64,000 nt of DNA, from the UHGV virus genome UHGV-1366603, one strand, 5' to 3'. This stretch comes from a virus. Within the stretch, counting starts at the first letter, position 1, and each line of letters starts with the position of its first letter. The translations under genes and the position numbers were made by a program. The notes beneath the pieces were generated by a model. That model ran no database searches. It had not been told where the DNA came from and saw only the letters and a program-made list of their open reading frames with translations. Shown here piece by piece: positions 1 through 10,171 of this stretch.

Positions 1-1
1 A

Positions 2-187
2 CAGCAACAGAATGCTGAAACCAACATCGTGGATACCGTCTGCTGGAGCGATATCCTTACTAATGAAACCATGTCTCGTATTCGAGATATCTTTATTGAA
101 AATCTGGCATTAGTGAAAAGGGTGTGTAGTTCCGAGATTATTTATTTATCATCAAAACTTCAACCCGCTAAGACAAGCACCGTTTAA
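2..187 (+). CDS. 3' end of an upstream CDS (partial, start outside window)
   Basis: Open frame from the window edge to TAA at 185-187; no other support. Confidence 0.3.
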   Translation, partial: QQQNAETNIVDTVCWSDILTNETMSRIRDIFIENLALVKRVCSSEIIYLSSKLQPAKTSTV

Positions 188-204
188 CTTAAGGAGATTA
201 AAAC

Positions 205-693
205 ATGAATTTAAATCAAATTATCGCTTTGAAAAACTCAGACATCATTCATGAATTCCTCAACCATACCGACCGTGTACATGCCACGATCAGAAATAAA
301 CTCGCACCAATGGTCGTCGATACTCCCTGGATGGCTGGCGTTGCCAGCGACTACATCGAAAATAGTTACAGAGCCCGACTTATAACGAATCTGGATGATT
401 TCTTTGTTGGTTTCTTTGGCGGAATCACAAAATCATTTATCGATAGACGGTTATACGGAATCCGTATTGAAACATTACAATCGCTAATTAACGAATACCA
501 TAACGGTTTTATCCCAGCAATTGTACCGCCTTATGCAGAAGGTGAGTGGCGTCGTTTCTATAGTCAAATTTGGGGCAATGAAGCACACTCACACGGTATT
601 GTGGAAATCATTAGCTACGATCAAGGTATGCTCGCACTACACCTGTGGGAATGGCTAAAAGCTAACTATCCAAATTACGTCAAGATCGACTAA
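205..693 (+). CDS. hypothetical protein (162 aa)
   Basis: ATG preceded by AAGGAG RBS; hairpin terminator follows. Confidence 0.55.
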   Translation: MNLNQIIALKNSDIIHEFLNHTDRVHATIRNKLAPMVVDTPWMAGVASDYIENSYRARLITNLDDFFVGFFGGITKSFIDRRLYGIRIETLQSLINEYHNGFIPAIVPPYAEGEWRRFYSQIWGNEAHSHGIVEIISYDQGMLALHLWEWLKANYPNYVKID

Positions 694-699
694 TATACA

Positions 700-733
700 C
701 CCTAGCCTCGGCTAGGGTTACTTTATTTTAACC
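700..733 (+). terminator. intrinsic terminator hairpin (CCCTAGCC-TCG-GCTAGGG) plus T-rich tail
   Basis: Inverted repeat read directly, followed by TTACTTTATTTTA. Confidence 0.5.
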
Positions 734-751
734 ATTTTAGGAGTATATACC

Positions 752-1684
752 ATGTATTTGTACAAAAGTAAAAAAGTAAAAGGTATTAAAGACTGTCTTA
801 GACAAATGGGGAGTCAGCATCTAGAAAATGTCATGGAAGAAAACCAAACAAAAGAAAATCCTGTCTCGAAATGGATAAAAAAGAATCGTAACCATTTAAC
901 CAATTCCTTTATACCCTACGACACTGAGTTAGGTCTCAAAGATCCACGTTCCCTTCACGCACAAACGTTGGCAATCGGGTGGCTATATGGCGGGGTTTCC
1001 TTAATATCCAACCAAGCACTTAGAGAACTTGTTTTCGAGACTGAGATGCCCAGTAAATTCCCTGAAGAATGGTTGGACTTTATACCCGCATGGACTGTGG
1101 CAATCGACGTAGGTAAAGAGGATGAGACTTTCTTTCTCGGCTATCGAAAAAATGGGAAGAAAAGGTTTATTATAATCGCTACAAATACTGATTACGGGTT
1201 AACAGAAGGAGTTACCACAATTGCCACTTGTTCGTTAGAGCTTCGTAGTGTAGGAAACGGGCTTGTTGAAATTGATTATACAACTGGCGTACAGACCGAA
1301 GAAGAGAAGATGTTATGGTTATCTCTGGCCAAAGCCGCCACTTCGATGATATTTCTGTGCACGCTAATCCCGCCTAATTACAGGGAGTCTTTTAATGATA
1401 TTAAGTTCAGGGAAATCAAAAAGAACGGTAGTATTAGTTACGACGTTAAACCGCGAGAACGTGATGTTAAGGTTGATATCACACCAGGACAAGTAAAATA
1501 TCTAAAAGGATTTAACACCGACTTGAAAGCCATGCAGGGTATCAAACACGCCAAAGCTGCACATATTCGTCGTGCACACTGGCGTAGATATTGGGTCGGT
1601 CCAAGAGATGGGGAAAGGAAGAGAAAACTTTGCTGGATTCCACCGACGTTTGTCCGAGGCTACGTACCCCACACGCAAGACTAG
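752..1684 (+). CDS. hypothetical protein, paralog 1 of a tandem pair (310 aa)
   Basis: AGGAG RBS; C-terminus AAHIRRAHWRRYWVGP...WIPPTF closely matches the next gene; internal GW(L/Q)Y(G/A)G block also shared. Confidence 0.6.
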   Translation: MYLYKSKKVKGIKDCLRQMGSQHLENVMEENQTKENPVSKWIKKNRNHLTNSFIPYDTELGLKDPRSLHAQTLAIGWLYGGVSLISNQALRELVFETEMPSKFPEEWLDFIPAWTVAIDVGKEDETFFLGYRKNGKKRFIIIATNTDYGLTEGVTTIATCSLELRSVGNGLVEIDYTTGVQTEEEKMLWLSLAKAATSMIFLCTLIPPNYRESFNDIKFREIKKNGSISYDVKPRERDVKVDITPGQVKYLKGFNTDLKAMQGIKHAKAAHIRRAHWRRYWVGPRDGERKRKLCWIPPTFVRGYVPHTQD

Positions 1685-1694
1685 GAGAATTATA

Positions 1695-2579
1695 ATGTTA
1701 AGACGCAGAATTTATGGAGACACGCTTCGTCGTATTAGTGAAGCTATAGAGACTGCACACAAAGACTTGTTTGGTCTGAAAGAAGATCGGTTTCTAACGT
1801 TTGTCAGGGAACACAAGAGACAACTCCCCGTAACCTTTCTGCCCGTTAACGACCCAACGTACCGTGAGTTCGGCACCACCAAACAGGTGCCGTATTCTAT
1901 TCGCCAGTCGTTAGGTTTGGGTTGGCAATACGCAGGTATTGAAATTATCTCTGATAAAGAGCTGATGGGATTACTTGCAGACACAGAACGTTTAACGGAT
2001 ATTCCGTACGCGTGGATTGAAGCCATCCCTTCATTCACCTTTTCCGTGACTGTCAAGATTAACGAACTTCCTGCTACGCTCTTTATCGGTCGTCGTAAAT
2101 TCGAAGGTGAAGAAGTATTGTTCGTTTTACGATGGGTGGAGATAAATCAGCGGCACTGTTGGTCAACCAAGATTTATCGGTTCAACAGAAAGGCAGACGA
2201 CTTTGTTAGTTTAGAACCTTACTTTGCTAACGAGTCAAAGGACGAGGAACTTCTGGATGAGGTACATATCGGTTTATATCTTTCCTCGCGGGTGAAGAAA
2301 TCGGAACGCGAGCGACGGGAATACCGTGGTAGAACGACACGTTACGTACCTGATACAGAAATCCTCCCACGCAGAGAACCTGTCGTTGTTGACGTAAGTC
2401 CAGTACAACGCGAAGACTTAGAGAAGCAACGCAGAGAAGGCAGGAGAATCTGTTTAACGCCGCATCGCGCAGCGCACATACGCAGAGCACATTGGAAACG
2501 GGTCTGGTGTGGACCAATGACAGGGACACGCTGGCAGGAATGGCGTTGGATTGCACCCACCTTTATATCCGGTTTTTAG
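1695..2579 (+). CDS. hypothetical protein, paralog 2 of a tandem pair (294 aa)
   Basis: Start moved to in-frame ATG 1695 with AGGAG RBS just after the upstream stop; C-terminus AAHIRRAHWKRVWCGP...WIAPTF. Confidence 0.6.
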   Translation: MLRRRIYGDTLRRISEAIETAHKDLFGLKEDRFLTFVREHKRQLPVTFLPVNDPTYREFGTTKQVPYSIRQSLGLGWQYAGIEIISDKELMGLLADTERLTDIPYAWIEAIPSFTFSVTVKINELPATLFIGRRKFEGEEVLFVLRWVEINQRHCWSTKIYRFNRKADDFVSLEPYFANESKDEELLDEVHIGLYLSSRVKKSERERREYRGRTTRYVPDTEILPRREPVVVDVSPVQREDLEKQRREGRRICLTPHRAAHIRRAHWKRVWCGPMTGTRWQEWRWIAPTFISGF

Positions 2580-2596
2580 CGTGAAAATAAAGATTA

Positions 2597-2640
2597 CCCC
2601 TAGACCTTGTGGTCTAGGGGTAGCTTTTACTTATTATTTT
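2597..2640. terminator. bidirectional terminator hairpin between convergent genes
   Basis: Perfect 10-bp stem CCCCTAGACC-TTGT-GGTCTAGGGG with T-rich tracts on both sides. Confidence 0.6.
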
Positions 2641-3389
2641 TTGTTTGCCTTCAGCGCTTTCAGGCGTTCAGCCGTCACGTTCAGGCATTCAATCAATTCG
2701 TTCACTTGTTTCATGAACAAACCAAACAGTTCAACCCAATCGGATGCAAAGTCTAACATCGCTGTCAGTTCTTTTGCCACATTAGGATGGATGTTTTGTT
2801 CAGACAGAATCGTTGCAGAAGCTTTAATGGACTCGATGGATTTATCGATGTTCGTACGAAGTTTCTTCGTGATTTCAACGTTCAGTGCTTTTGCACGGTT
2901 AAACGCAATATCGATTTCCGTAGCACTGTGGTACGTTTTCTCAATCGGACGCTGGTCAATAACGTTGTTGGTGTAAGACTTAGCCAACTGGTTAACCAGG
3001 TCTTTCGGATTCACGTTACGTAACGGAATGTTAACGTTTTTATAACGGAAACCGATAGGTAATGACAGTACGCCCACATCATGTGTAAGGGCGGAAAGTT
3101 GCAACTCAACAGGTAAAAGGACACCGTCGTAGATCTTCTGTAATGAACTCCACACCGATTCTAAGCGGTTAATGTGATCCATTACGTAGGTATTGAAGCC
3201 TGGCGGTACAATAACCAACATGCCTGCAAAGTGTAAGAATTTTTCCTGTTGCATCCACTTGGAAACGTCTGACATGTCGTCGTAAGTGGTTAATGCAATC
3301 TCTTGTTGAGGGCCACTGAACCCTTTGGGTAAGATTGCAGACGCTTTAGCGGCAAAGCTAGTTAACGCTGCAAGTGGATTTACGTTCAT
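2634..3389 (-). CDS. hypothetical protein (251 aa)
   Basis: ATG with GAGG RBS on minus strand; long ORF. Confidence 0.55.
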   Translation of the reverse strand: MNVNPLAALTSFAAKASAILPKGFSGPQQEIALTTYDDMSDVSKWMQQEKFLHFAGMLVIVPPGFNTYVMDHINRLESVWSSLQKIYDGVLLPVELQLSALTHDVGVLSLPIGFRYKNVNIPLRNVNPKDLVNQLAKSYTNNVIDQRPIEKTYHSATEIDIAFNRAKALNVEITKKLRTNIDKSIESIKASATILSEQNIHPNVAKELTAMLDFASDWVELFGLFMKQVNELIECLNVTAERLKALKANKK

Positions 3390-3486
3390 TTAAAACCTCG
3401 GATTATAAGTCAGGGTTACATAGTAAAGTCTTTTTACAGTTCATCCTGAACTTATGACCGAGATTATCTCACAAAGGTAAAGCTCG

Positions 3487-3786
3487 ATGAAAATCAAATT
3501 ACTGACTCGAAACACCACGCCTCGTCTGGAACCGGAAATCTATCTTACCCCGGTGAAAAAAGACAAAGAAGGTAAGCCTATTCAAGTAGGTAAGATTCTT
3601 AGCGTGACTTCTTTACCTAACGGTAAGCGCGTGATGGAATTAGAAATCGACGAGCGCAACAAACGTCGTTTCGAGTCTATTGAGAACCCCTATCCTGAAA
3701 AATCGGAAGAAGTCACCGAGTGGGCAGAGACCTACTTTGAATTCTGGCACAAACGCCGTCTTCTTCTTCCGACCAAGAATCGTTAA
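3487..3786 (+). CDS. hypothetical protein (99 aa)
   Basis: ORF with AAAGG RBS. Confidence 0.45.
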   Translation: MKIKLLTRNTTPRLEPEIYLTPVKKDKEGKPIQVGKILSVTSLPNGKRVMELEIDERNKRRFESIENPYPEKSEEVTEWAETYFEFWHKRRLLLPTKNR

Positions 3787-3801
3787 TTATTGGAGCGCTA
3801 A

Positions 3802-5298
3802 ATGGCAGGCCCAACTAAGCAAGTTATCGGTGAAGTAATTCGTCCTCGTTTTAACGTTTATACCATCATGGACCACGCCTTAGGCAACTACGAAAGAGGC
3901 GAAGATGGTTTATACTACCTTAACGGTGGTTTTGCCCACATCATGGGTTTCGCGGGTCGTGGTAACACCTTCAAATCTACACTGTTGGATTTCTGTATCT
4001 TCCAAATCCTGCAACGCTATAAAGCAGAGTGGGGTTCGAAATACGATACCGAAGTGTCTGCTGCCCTCGATCGCTTAGAGACTGGTTATATTTCTGCCAT
4101 GCACGCCAACGGTATTGACGATGGAACTTCGGTACTGGAACTTATTCACGAAGGTCGTTATAACCTCGTTGGTTCTGACGTGATGCCAGGGGAACAGTAT
4201 TACAGTGACTATATTCGTGACGAAGTGGAAAAACGCTTCAAGCAGTATATGTCTGGTAAAACCCGTGTAACCCCGTTCCTTGACCCAGTTCGTCGTAAGC
4301 AAAAAGAAATCCTTGACCCGTGGCTGTATTCTATCGACTCCCTGTCTGAGTGGCACTCGTCTTCTCTGGAAGACAAGCACGCTAAAACGGATATCGGTGA
4401 TTCCGATCAGAACATTCTCAACGCCCACGACGCCTTACAGAAATCGAACATGATGAGCCGTTGGCCGTCTGCGTTTGCCCGTGGTGGTTTCTACATGGGC
4501 TTTGTTGCACAGATGGCGGACGACTCCGGTAAGGCGATGGCTGGCGGTCGTCAAGGGCAGAAAGCAAACGCGAAACTGCTGGACGATGCGAACGACGATC
4601 TCAAATTCGCAGGGATTCCTCGTCGTCAGTTAAGCTTCCTGACTAACTCGTTTATTGTTGCGACAAAATCAGGCGAGCTGAAAAAAGACCAGAGTTATAA
4701 TGCCCAGACCGGTGTTAACGAAGAACTTTACCCAACTGCACGTTCAAAAGCCATGAACGCGTCGGTTAACGACCTGAAAGTTATCACCTTTACGCAATAC
4801 CGTGCTAAAGGCGGTCACACGGGTGTGAAGTTCCAGATGATCTTCTCACAAGAGATGGGTCTACTGTACCACCTGAGCCTGTGGCATTACCTGAGTGACA
4901 CCCTGAAAAAATCCGAATTTGGGTTTACGTCCAGCGGTAGCGGTGGTTCCATTAAAGAACTCCAGATTCTTCCTGGTGTTAAATTCCAGCGTACGACGAT
5001 TCGTGACATGATTGACGATAACCCGAAACTGCGTCGGGCATTAGAAATCACGGCTGCGATTGCGTACATGCAAAACAACTACCATCGTTTAGAGGTTAAA
5101 TACCACCTCACGATGGAAGAAATCTACAAACTCATTGATGAAAAATGGGATTGGAATGAGATTCTGGAAAACACCGTAGAATACTGGATGTTTAAAGACC
5201 AGGAAACGAAAGGTGGTAAACGCACGTTAACTGCCCGTACGATTCTGGGTATGGCCGTGGACGGCCTGGAACCGAAGTTCCTCACCAAAAAGAAATAA
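3802..5298 (+). CDS. putative UvsX/RecA-like recombinase
   Basis: Walker-A-like GFAGRGNTFKS resembles UvsX AGPSKSFKS; IDSL Walker-B-like segment; later KAMAGG segment; GGAG RBS. Confidence 0.45.
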   Translation: MAGPTKQVIGEVIRPRFNVYTIMDHALGNYERGEDGLYYLNGGFAHIMGFAGRGNTFKSTLLDFCIFQILQRYKAEWGSKYDTEVSAALDRLETGYISAMHANGIDDGTSVLELIHEGRYNLVGSDVMPGEQYYSDYIRDEVEKRFKQYMSGKTRVTPFLDPVRRKQKEILDPWLYSIDSLSEWHSSSLEDKHAKTDIGDSDQNILNAHDALQKSNMMSRWPSAFARGGFYMGFVAQMADDSGKAMAGGRQGQKANAKLLDDANDDLKFAGIPRRQLSFLTNSFIVATKSGELKKDQSYNAQTGVNEELYPTARSKAMNASVNDLKVITFTQYRAKGGHTGVKFQMIFSQEMGLLYHLSLWHYLSDTLKKSEFGFTSSGSGGSIKELQILPGVKFQRTTIRDMIDDNPKLRRALEITAAIAYMQNNYHRLEVKYHLTMEEIYKLIDEKWDWNEILENTVEYWMFKDQETKGGKRTLTARTILGMAVDGLEPKFLTKKK

Positions 5299-5305
5299 AA
5301 GCGTT

Positions 5306-5328
5306 AGGGTAGGGGATTACCCTACCCT
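5306..5328 (+). other. stable hairpin without U-tract just upstream of the next RBS
   Basis: AGGGTAGGG-GATTA-CCCTACCCT, 9-bp perfect stem. Confidence 0.4.
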
Positions 5329-5343
5329 AGCTAAGGAGTCGTT

Positions 5344-5643
5344 ATGCGTTATCAAACGGAGATTGTGGAACGCTTAAGCGAAGGTTTAGCCAGCGTCAGT
5401 CTGGAAACAGCAGCGGCATTTCGTGAGACTTTCGCTACTTTCTTTCCCGATCGTGAATCTTTTTGTTTAAAGGTCGGTGAATATTATTCCAAGTTACTCG
5501 AACACTACGGTTATCCGCCGGTGAAATTCGACGTACCTGAAAACACCGACGACATCAGTTATTGGATTGAAACCCTCGAAGCAGGGACACTTTCCAACTT
5601 GCGTAAGGCGGTAGAAAATGAAACTCGATCCAGCGCGGCGTAA
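5344..5643 (+). CDS. hypothetical protein (99 aa)
   Basis: AAGGAG RBS. Confidence 0.45.
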   Translation: MRYQTEIVERLSEGLASVSLETAAAFRETFATFFPDRESFCLKVGEYYSKLLEHYGYPPVKFDVPENTDDISYWIETLEAGTLSNLRKAVENETRSSAA

Positions 5644-6286
5644 AAAAGCGGAAGCTTACGCCTTACAAATCTTAAGCCTGGTTGACCCCTCTGGGATTAA
5701 CGCGGAAGCAGCAAAGAAAGCCTTTGCTCGAATGACGGACGAACAGTTTAATCGTCTTCGTGAAGGGCTACCGATTTACAACCCGGTCGGTAGTAAAGTT
5801 AAAATCGACCACATGCGAAACGTTAAGCTTTGTCGTGTTTTAGGTTTGAACCTGGAACAACGGTTGTGGTTAACTGAGCCGAAAACGGGTGTTTTCCATC
5901 GTACTCGCTATCCCCATCTGGTGCTACGTTTACCTGCGCGTCGTCAAACACAGATGCAAGAAAAGAAAATGGCGGTAGCGAAGAACGACAAAGTTCGTGA
6001 TAAACTCTCCGGTCAGGTTGTGGGTCCTTCTAAGGCATCTGGCGTCTCTTTCCCAGAAGCGTACATCATGTACTCGGATGGTCACGACTGGACACTGAAA
6101 GAGTTTCTGTGGGCGCGTGGGGGTAACGAAGCGTTACAACGTGCGTTCTATCAATCGTTACGTCAAACCGGTAAGGGACGTATTGACCTACCGGGGGCAG
6201 AACGTACCAGTTCGAAAGCAACACGTACCTGGTCTGCGTATCTGAAAGCGATGCACATTGGTAACAACATAGGCCATCCGTCATGA
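5618..6286 (+). CDS. hypothetical protein (222 aa)
   Basis: ORF overlapping upstream gene end; start uncertain. Confidence 0.45.
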   Translation: MKLDPARRKKAEAYALQILSLVDPSGINAEAAKKAFARMTDEQFNRLREGLPIYNPVGSKVKIDHMRNVKLCRVLGLNLEQRLWLTEPKTGVFHRTRYPHLVLRLPARRQTQMQEKKMAVAKNDKVRDKLSGQVVGPSKASGVSFPEAYIMYSDGHDWTLKEFLWARGGNEALQRAFYQSLRQTGKGRIDLPGAERTSSKATRTWSAYLKAMHIGNNIGHPS

Positions 6287-7005
6287 GATTTTCTCGACGT
6301 TTTTTGATTGATATCGATGCGTTGTTTGACACCCGAATCGGTTGGGTCAAAGCCATCAAACCTGAAAGATTGGAAATTATGGATTACGACGTTTATCGTC
6401 GTCGTTTTACGGAGGAATGGGCGACTGTCTTGGGGTTTGAGAATTGGGAAGAGGAGTATCAGAAACGCGATAAACGCGCGTTGATGAATGCGGAACCCAC
6501 CGAACTGTTGTTGACGATGAAGAACGAGTTCGAATGTATGTTACTCGAAATCGAGATGCATTCGCCTATCGAAAAACCGACGCTGACGATCAACACCTGG
6601 CCGTATACTGATCTTACTGACCAAGAAATGCAAACGTTCTTGCAGATGTTCCGTATCTATTACGATATGGTGCAGGTTGAGTTAGTGTCGTGGCCGCATT
6701 CGGAGCTCACACCAGGTCGTTTAGCGACGGCTTGGGATTGTTGGATAATGTACGATTGGTTCGCTTGGATTGAACTCAATGCGAAACATCTGAAAAAACC
6801 TATCCCTAGCTTTACCATTACGCACCCTGCCCTGCTAACACCGGAGCTTACAAAAGAGACGGTAGAGCAGCTTAAACGCGATGGTGTAAATCCGTTCAAG
6901 GAACACATCCGGTTTATGGCAGAGTGGGTCGGTGTCGACCCACGTGATTCTGCGTTATTTAGTCTTGCTCGTCCGAAGAAGGACGCGCAAACGCCGCAGT
7001 CATAA
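6283..7005 (+). CDS. hypothetical protein (240 aa)
   Basis: ATGA start/stop overlap with upstream gene. Confidence 0.5.
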   Translation: MRFSRRFLIDIDALFDTRIGWVKAIKPERLEIMDYDVYRRRFTEEWATVLGFENWEEEYQKRDKRALMNAEPTELLLTMKNEFECMLLEIEMHSPIEKPTLTINTWPYTDLTDQEMQTFLQMFRIYYDMVQVELVSWPHSELTPGRLATAWDCWIMYDWFAWIELNAKHLKKPIPSFTITHPALLTPELTKETVEQLKRDGVNPFKEHIRFMAEWVGVDPRDSALFSLARPKKDAQTPQS

Positions 7006-7423
7006 TGGACTTCACGTCAATTTGTTCGCCAACCGGAGCCAACTCCCCTTCCGAGATTTCTACGTTAGGAATGTCTGGAAGGGTGGGTTGGTAACTATTA
7101 TTTTCATCAGGTTCTTCGTCGTGACGTTTTATTTTCACGTTACCGCGTTGCATCAGAATTGTATTCAGTGCGTTAGCCAAGTCTTGGTTCGCTTCACTGT
7201 TTTTCTGAGCAGCAGCAACACGACGTTTAGAAATGATTTGCTTATCTAGGTCGTTTAATAACGTCCCGATACGATCCACGGTCTTTAAATCTTTGTGGGC
7301 ATTAGGATCGTCTAAGATTAGATTGACAATTCTGACACGGGCTTGTTGCGTTTGGCGGAGAAGCGATTCTTCGTCGTCTACTTCACCATCTAACGCCTGG
7401 TATTTCACTTCTTCTTCAGCCAT
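6959..7423 (-). CDS. hypothetical acidic protein (154 aa)
   Basis: ATG with GAGGTGG RBS on minus strand; 3' end overlaps the convergent upstream gene by 47 nt. Confidence 0.5.
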   Translation of the reverse strand: MAEEEVKYQALDGEVDDEESLLRQTQQARVRIVNLILDDPNAHKDLKTVDRIGTLLNDLDKQIISKRRVAAAQKNSEANQDLANALNTILMQRGNVKIKRHDEEPDENNSYQPTLPDIPNVEISEGELAPVGEQIDVKSIMTAAFARPSSDEQD

Positions 7424-7455
7424 TTAAAACCACCTCATTTTCAAAAAGAAGTCAG

Positions 7456-7474
7456 ACAGATATTATTTACGTGA
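7456..7474 (+). promoter_or_regulatory. conserved promoter-like motif AGATATTAT-N4-GTGA
   Basis: Exact 13-position motif in an intergenic region about 22 nt upstream of the 7496 start codon. Confidence 0.5.
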
Positions 7475-7495
7475 GACATTCTTTCGGAGTGAATT

Positions 7496-8044
7496 ATGTT
7501 TACAGGATTAATAGCACGTTTTAAGAAACGTCTACAGCAAAAGCGTTTACAGGCTCTCAGAGAGTCTCTAAGGCAGGAGTTTCATAAGAACATCCATAAC
7601 CCCTACGTAAGAACGTTTAGCGGCTTACGGTTGCTTACGTTGCCTATAAACGTAGATACCGAACCCTACCACCCCAGCTTACGTGGTAATCTCGAGTTAC
7701 GTATCGCTAATCTCGATATTCTTTACCAACGTCTTGCTTTTTATATCAACGAATACCAACGCACGATTAACGGCACCTCTATCGAGTGGTTATCATTGCC
7801 AGAGTCGTTAAGTAAACAAAAAGACTCGTCAGAAAACCGCTGGTTAGACACTTATTTTGGGACGTCCAATCCGGCGGTTGCCTATTATAAGCTAACGCAG
7901 TTACTCGAGCTTATCGATCCTTACGAAGATATTTTCTTAAAGCCCAAGACCGATGAAGATCGGGCATTGGTGAATCACTGTGCACATTTGTTTCGTGAAA
8001 TGGAGGTACTCATCGAACACTACCTTTTAAACCGACCTGTTTAA
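7496..8044 (+). CDS. hypothetical protein (182 aa)
   Basis: GGAG RBS; downstream of the conserved motif. Confidence 0.5.
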   Translation: MFTGLIARFKKRLQQKRLQALRESLRQEFHKNIHNPYVRTFSGLRLLTLPINVDTEPYHPSLRGNLELRIANLDILYQRLAFYINEYQRTINGTSIEWLSLPESLSKQKDSSENRWLDTYFGTSNPAVAYYKLTQLLELIDPYEDIFLKPKTDEDRALVNHCAHLFREMEVLIEHYLLNRPV

Positions 8045-8077
8045 TAACCAGTTAACCCCTTGTAACAAGGTGAAGTG

Positions 8078-8890
8078 ATGGATAACGAAGCAAAAGCAAA
8101 ACTGCAACGAGACGAAGACGAACGTGCGGGTAAACCGTTGCAAAAACTTTACTGGGAATATAAAACTCAGATTGGGTGGGAACCTAAAGATTATAAGCTT
8201 GCGGTTGCAAGACACATCCTATCCCCTGATTTCCGCACACGTTCGAAGGCCGTTCTCGAAGATCGAGTACAACGCATCTCAACGAAACTTACCTCGGGTA
8301 ACAACCGTGACTTACCGGTTGACCTTACGTGGCGAGGGTTCACGGAAGGGTTAGTGATTACCGGGGTAGAATCGTTGAGAATCTGTATAACGACTTACCG
8401 TGGACGTTTCCAGACAAAAACCATTTCTGAAGTCACCACACGAGTGCGTGACGATCTTATCCGCTACGATTTCGAGGACTGTAACGAGAAACCGACGGCC
8501 AGTGCCAGTACGGAACTGAATCGTTTCTTCCGAGATTGTGCGGGAACCGCAAAGACGATGGAGCACCCCCTTTCGAGACTCCTGTGGACAATTTTTGCGA
8601 ATATCAAAATGACTTCGGATTGGTGGCATCGACTTTCAACGAACTATGTTAATAATCCAGAGAACTGTCTTCCTATCTCTTCTAAACGCAATGACATGCG
8701 GCACAATATGCAGCACAACATGCGACTGAAAAAGAAGCTGTCTTGGAAATGGTTTATGAGGATACTCAAGGCGATTGATGTGAAGAAATTCGACATTCTG
8801 TTGACGTTAAAACGCAAAAACGACAACAAGATTTACGAAGTCGTTCACACGGTTGACCTCGAGGCTTATCAATTTCGGAGTACAGAATGA
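8078..8890 (+). CDS. hypothetical protein (270 aa)
   Basis: ATG at 8078 chosen over GTG at 8075; AAGG RBS. Confidence 0.5.
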   Translation: MDNEAKAKLQRDEDERAGKPLQKLYWEYKTQIGWEPKDYKLAVARHILSPDFRTRSKAVLEDRVQRISTKLTSGNNRDLPVDLTWRGFTEGLVITGVESLRICITTYRGRFQTKTISEVTTRVRDDLIRYDFEDCNEKPTASASTELNRFFRDCAGTAKTMEHPLSRLLWTIFANIKMTSDWWHRLSTNYVNNPENCLPISSKRNDMRHNMQHNMRLKKKLSWKWFMRILKAIDVKKFDILLTLKRKNDNKIYEVVHTVDLEAYQFRSTE

Positions 8891-10161
8891 AACTCGATCA
8901 GATAACCAGCCAGATTAACAAAGGTCAATCGGCTATCGACAACTCGGTTAATACCGCGAAGAATGCGGTTAACCGAGTACAGTCTACGGTGGAGAACGCC
9001 GAACGTGGCATTCAGAATACCGTCGATAAAGTCAGTCAGCTTTCCGATCGTGCTGGTGAAACCTTTAACAAACTCATCAGCGGTGGGAGCGAACTGACCT
9101 CAAAAATCGGTAACCTTTTCGGTGGTAGCGACATTGCAAGCGTAGGGGGTACCAAAACAGCGGGTAGCTCCACTTCCGGTGTTTCCCCAGGACAAAAAGT
9201 TCCTGGGTTTGCTTCTAACACTAAAGAGACACTGCCTGTTCTCGATCCGCAGAAGCGTGATGTTTCAGAACCTTTCAAAAAGGTTAATGAGGAAGGACTT
9301 AAAGCACTAGGGTATCTGTCACCGGGTGACTCAGGAAGTTTACTGGGTAAAGGTTGGAACAGTCTTTCGTCGCTTAGTGATTCTCTTCTGTCAGGAATCG
9401 GTACTGACTTCTCCTCCGTGAAGAAACGTCTCGAAGGAACGCTGAATATCGCAGGTCAACTGGCTAAGCTTCCTTCGGAAATCAGTCATGAAGTCAACAA
9501 CTTTATGTCTGAAGTCAACAGTATGCGTTACCAGATAACCTCGGTTATTGATGACGTACAACACACGTTTGACAGCTATAAAGACCTTGACGATTTCTTA
9601 GCCATCGACAACTTGATTAACAGTTTCAAAGGCAGCGACAGTTTTTCAGCGTTAGACATTAACACATCGTCTGCATTGATCTACGGTCTGTCTACGAAAC
9701 TTAACAGTTACGGACTGCCTGCAAAAATCGACCCGATGATTCAGGCTATTACTGACGATCAAGCAAAAGAGGCGCTTTACGGGGAGTTGATGATTCAAGC
9801 TGCTGCGACCGGTAACTTGGACTCAACGGAATATTACCTGGACAAACTTCAGGAAGGTCAGGGCAAACAGATTGCGGAAACCGTGATTCAAAACATCATG
9901 GCTAACTTGCGTGTAGAACCCGGTACGAGTTTTAGTACGTACGGGACACGAATGTTGGCGTTGTTTAAAGCACTGGATGCCAAATGGGATAAAACGAAAA
10001 ACGTTACTCCCGAAACTACCGAATTGAAACTCTATACTTACGCAGGCGCTAACGCGATACAAGCGCTGATGACCACCGAAAAACGTAACTACGTTTTAGC
10101 GGCAGGTAGTGTAAGTTATCAGTCTACCGATGAAATCGTGGAAGACTACTTTGCAATCTAA
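8887..10161 (+). CDS. hypothetical protein with predicted N-terminal coiled coil and Gly/Ser-rich region (424 aa)
   Basis: ATGA overlap with upstream gene; GGAG RBS. Confidence 0.5.
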   Translation: MKLDQITSQINKGQSAIDNSVNTAKNAVNRVQSTVENAERGIQNTVDKVSQLSDRAGETFNKLISGGSELTSKIGNLFGGSDIASVGGTKTAGSSTSGVSPGQKVPGFASNTKETLPVLDPQKRDVSEPFKKVNEEGLKALGYLSPGDSGSLLGKGWNSLSSLSDSLLSGIGTDFSSVKKRLEGTLNIAGQLAKLPSEISHEVNNFMSEVNSMRYQITSVIDDVQHTFDSYKDLDDFLAIDNLINSFKGSDSFSALDINTSSALIYGLSTKLNSYGLPAKIDPMIQAITDDQAKEALYGELMIQAAATGNLDSTEYYLDKLQEGQGKQIAETVIQNIMANLRVEPGTSFSTYGTRMLALFKALDAKWDKTKNVTPETTELKLYTYAGANAIQALMTTEKRNYVLAAGSVSYQSTDEIVEDYFAI

Positions 10162-10171
10162 GAGGCCGGAT

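Noticed and set aside
1572-1694. Upstream start (1572) for the second paralog and similar long N-terminal extensions from the ORF track (10130, 39472, 48157, 52058, 59699, 60007, 62302)
   Set aside because: Each extension overlaps the upstream gene or a terminator hairpin and lacks an RBS. In-frame downstream ATG or GTG codons with clear Shine-Dalgarno sequences were preferred.
132-3467. Shared 10-mer CCGAGATTAT upstream of the genes at 205 and 3487 as a possible second promoter class
   Set aside because: A single exact 10-mer repeat is expected many times by chance in 64 kb. Only two copies are present and there is no extended conservation.
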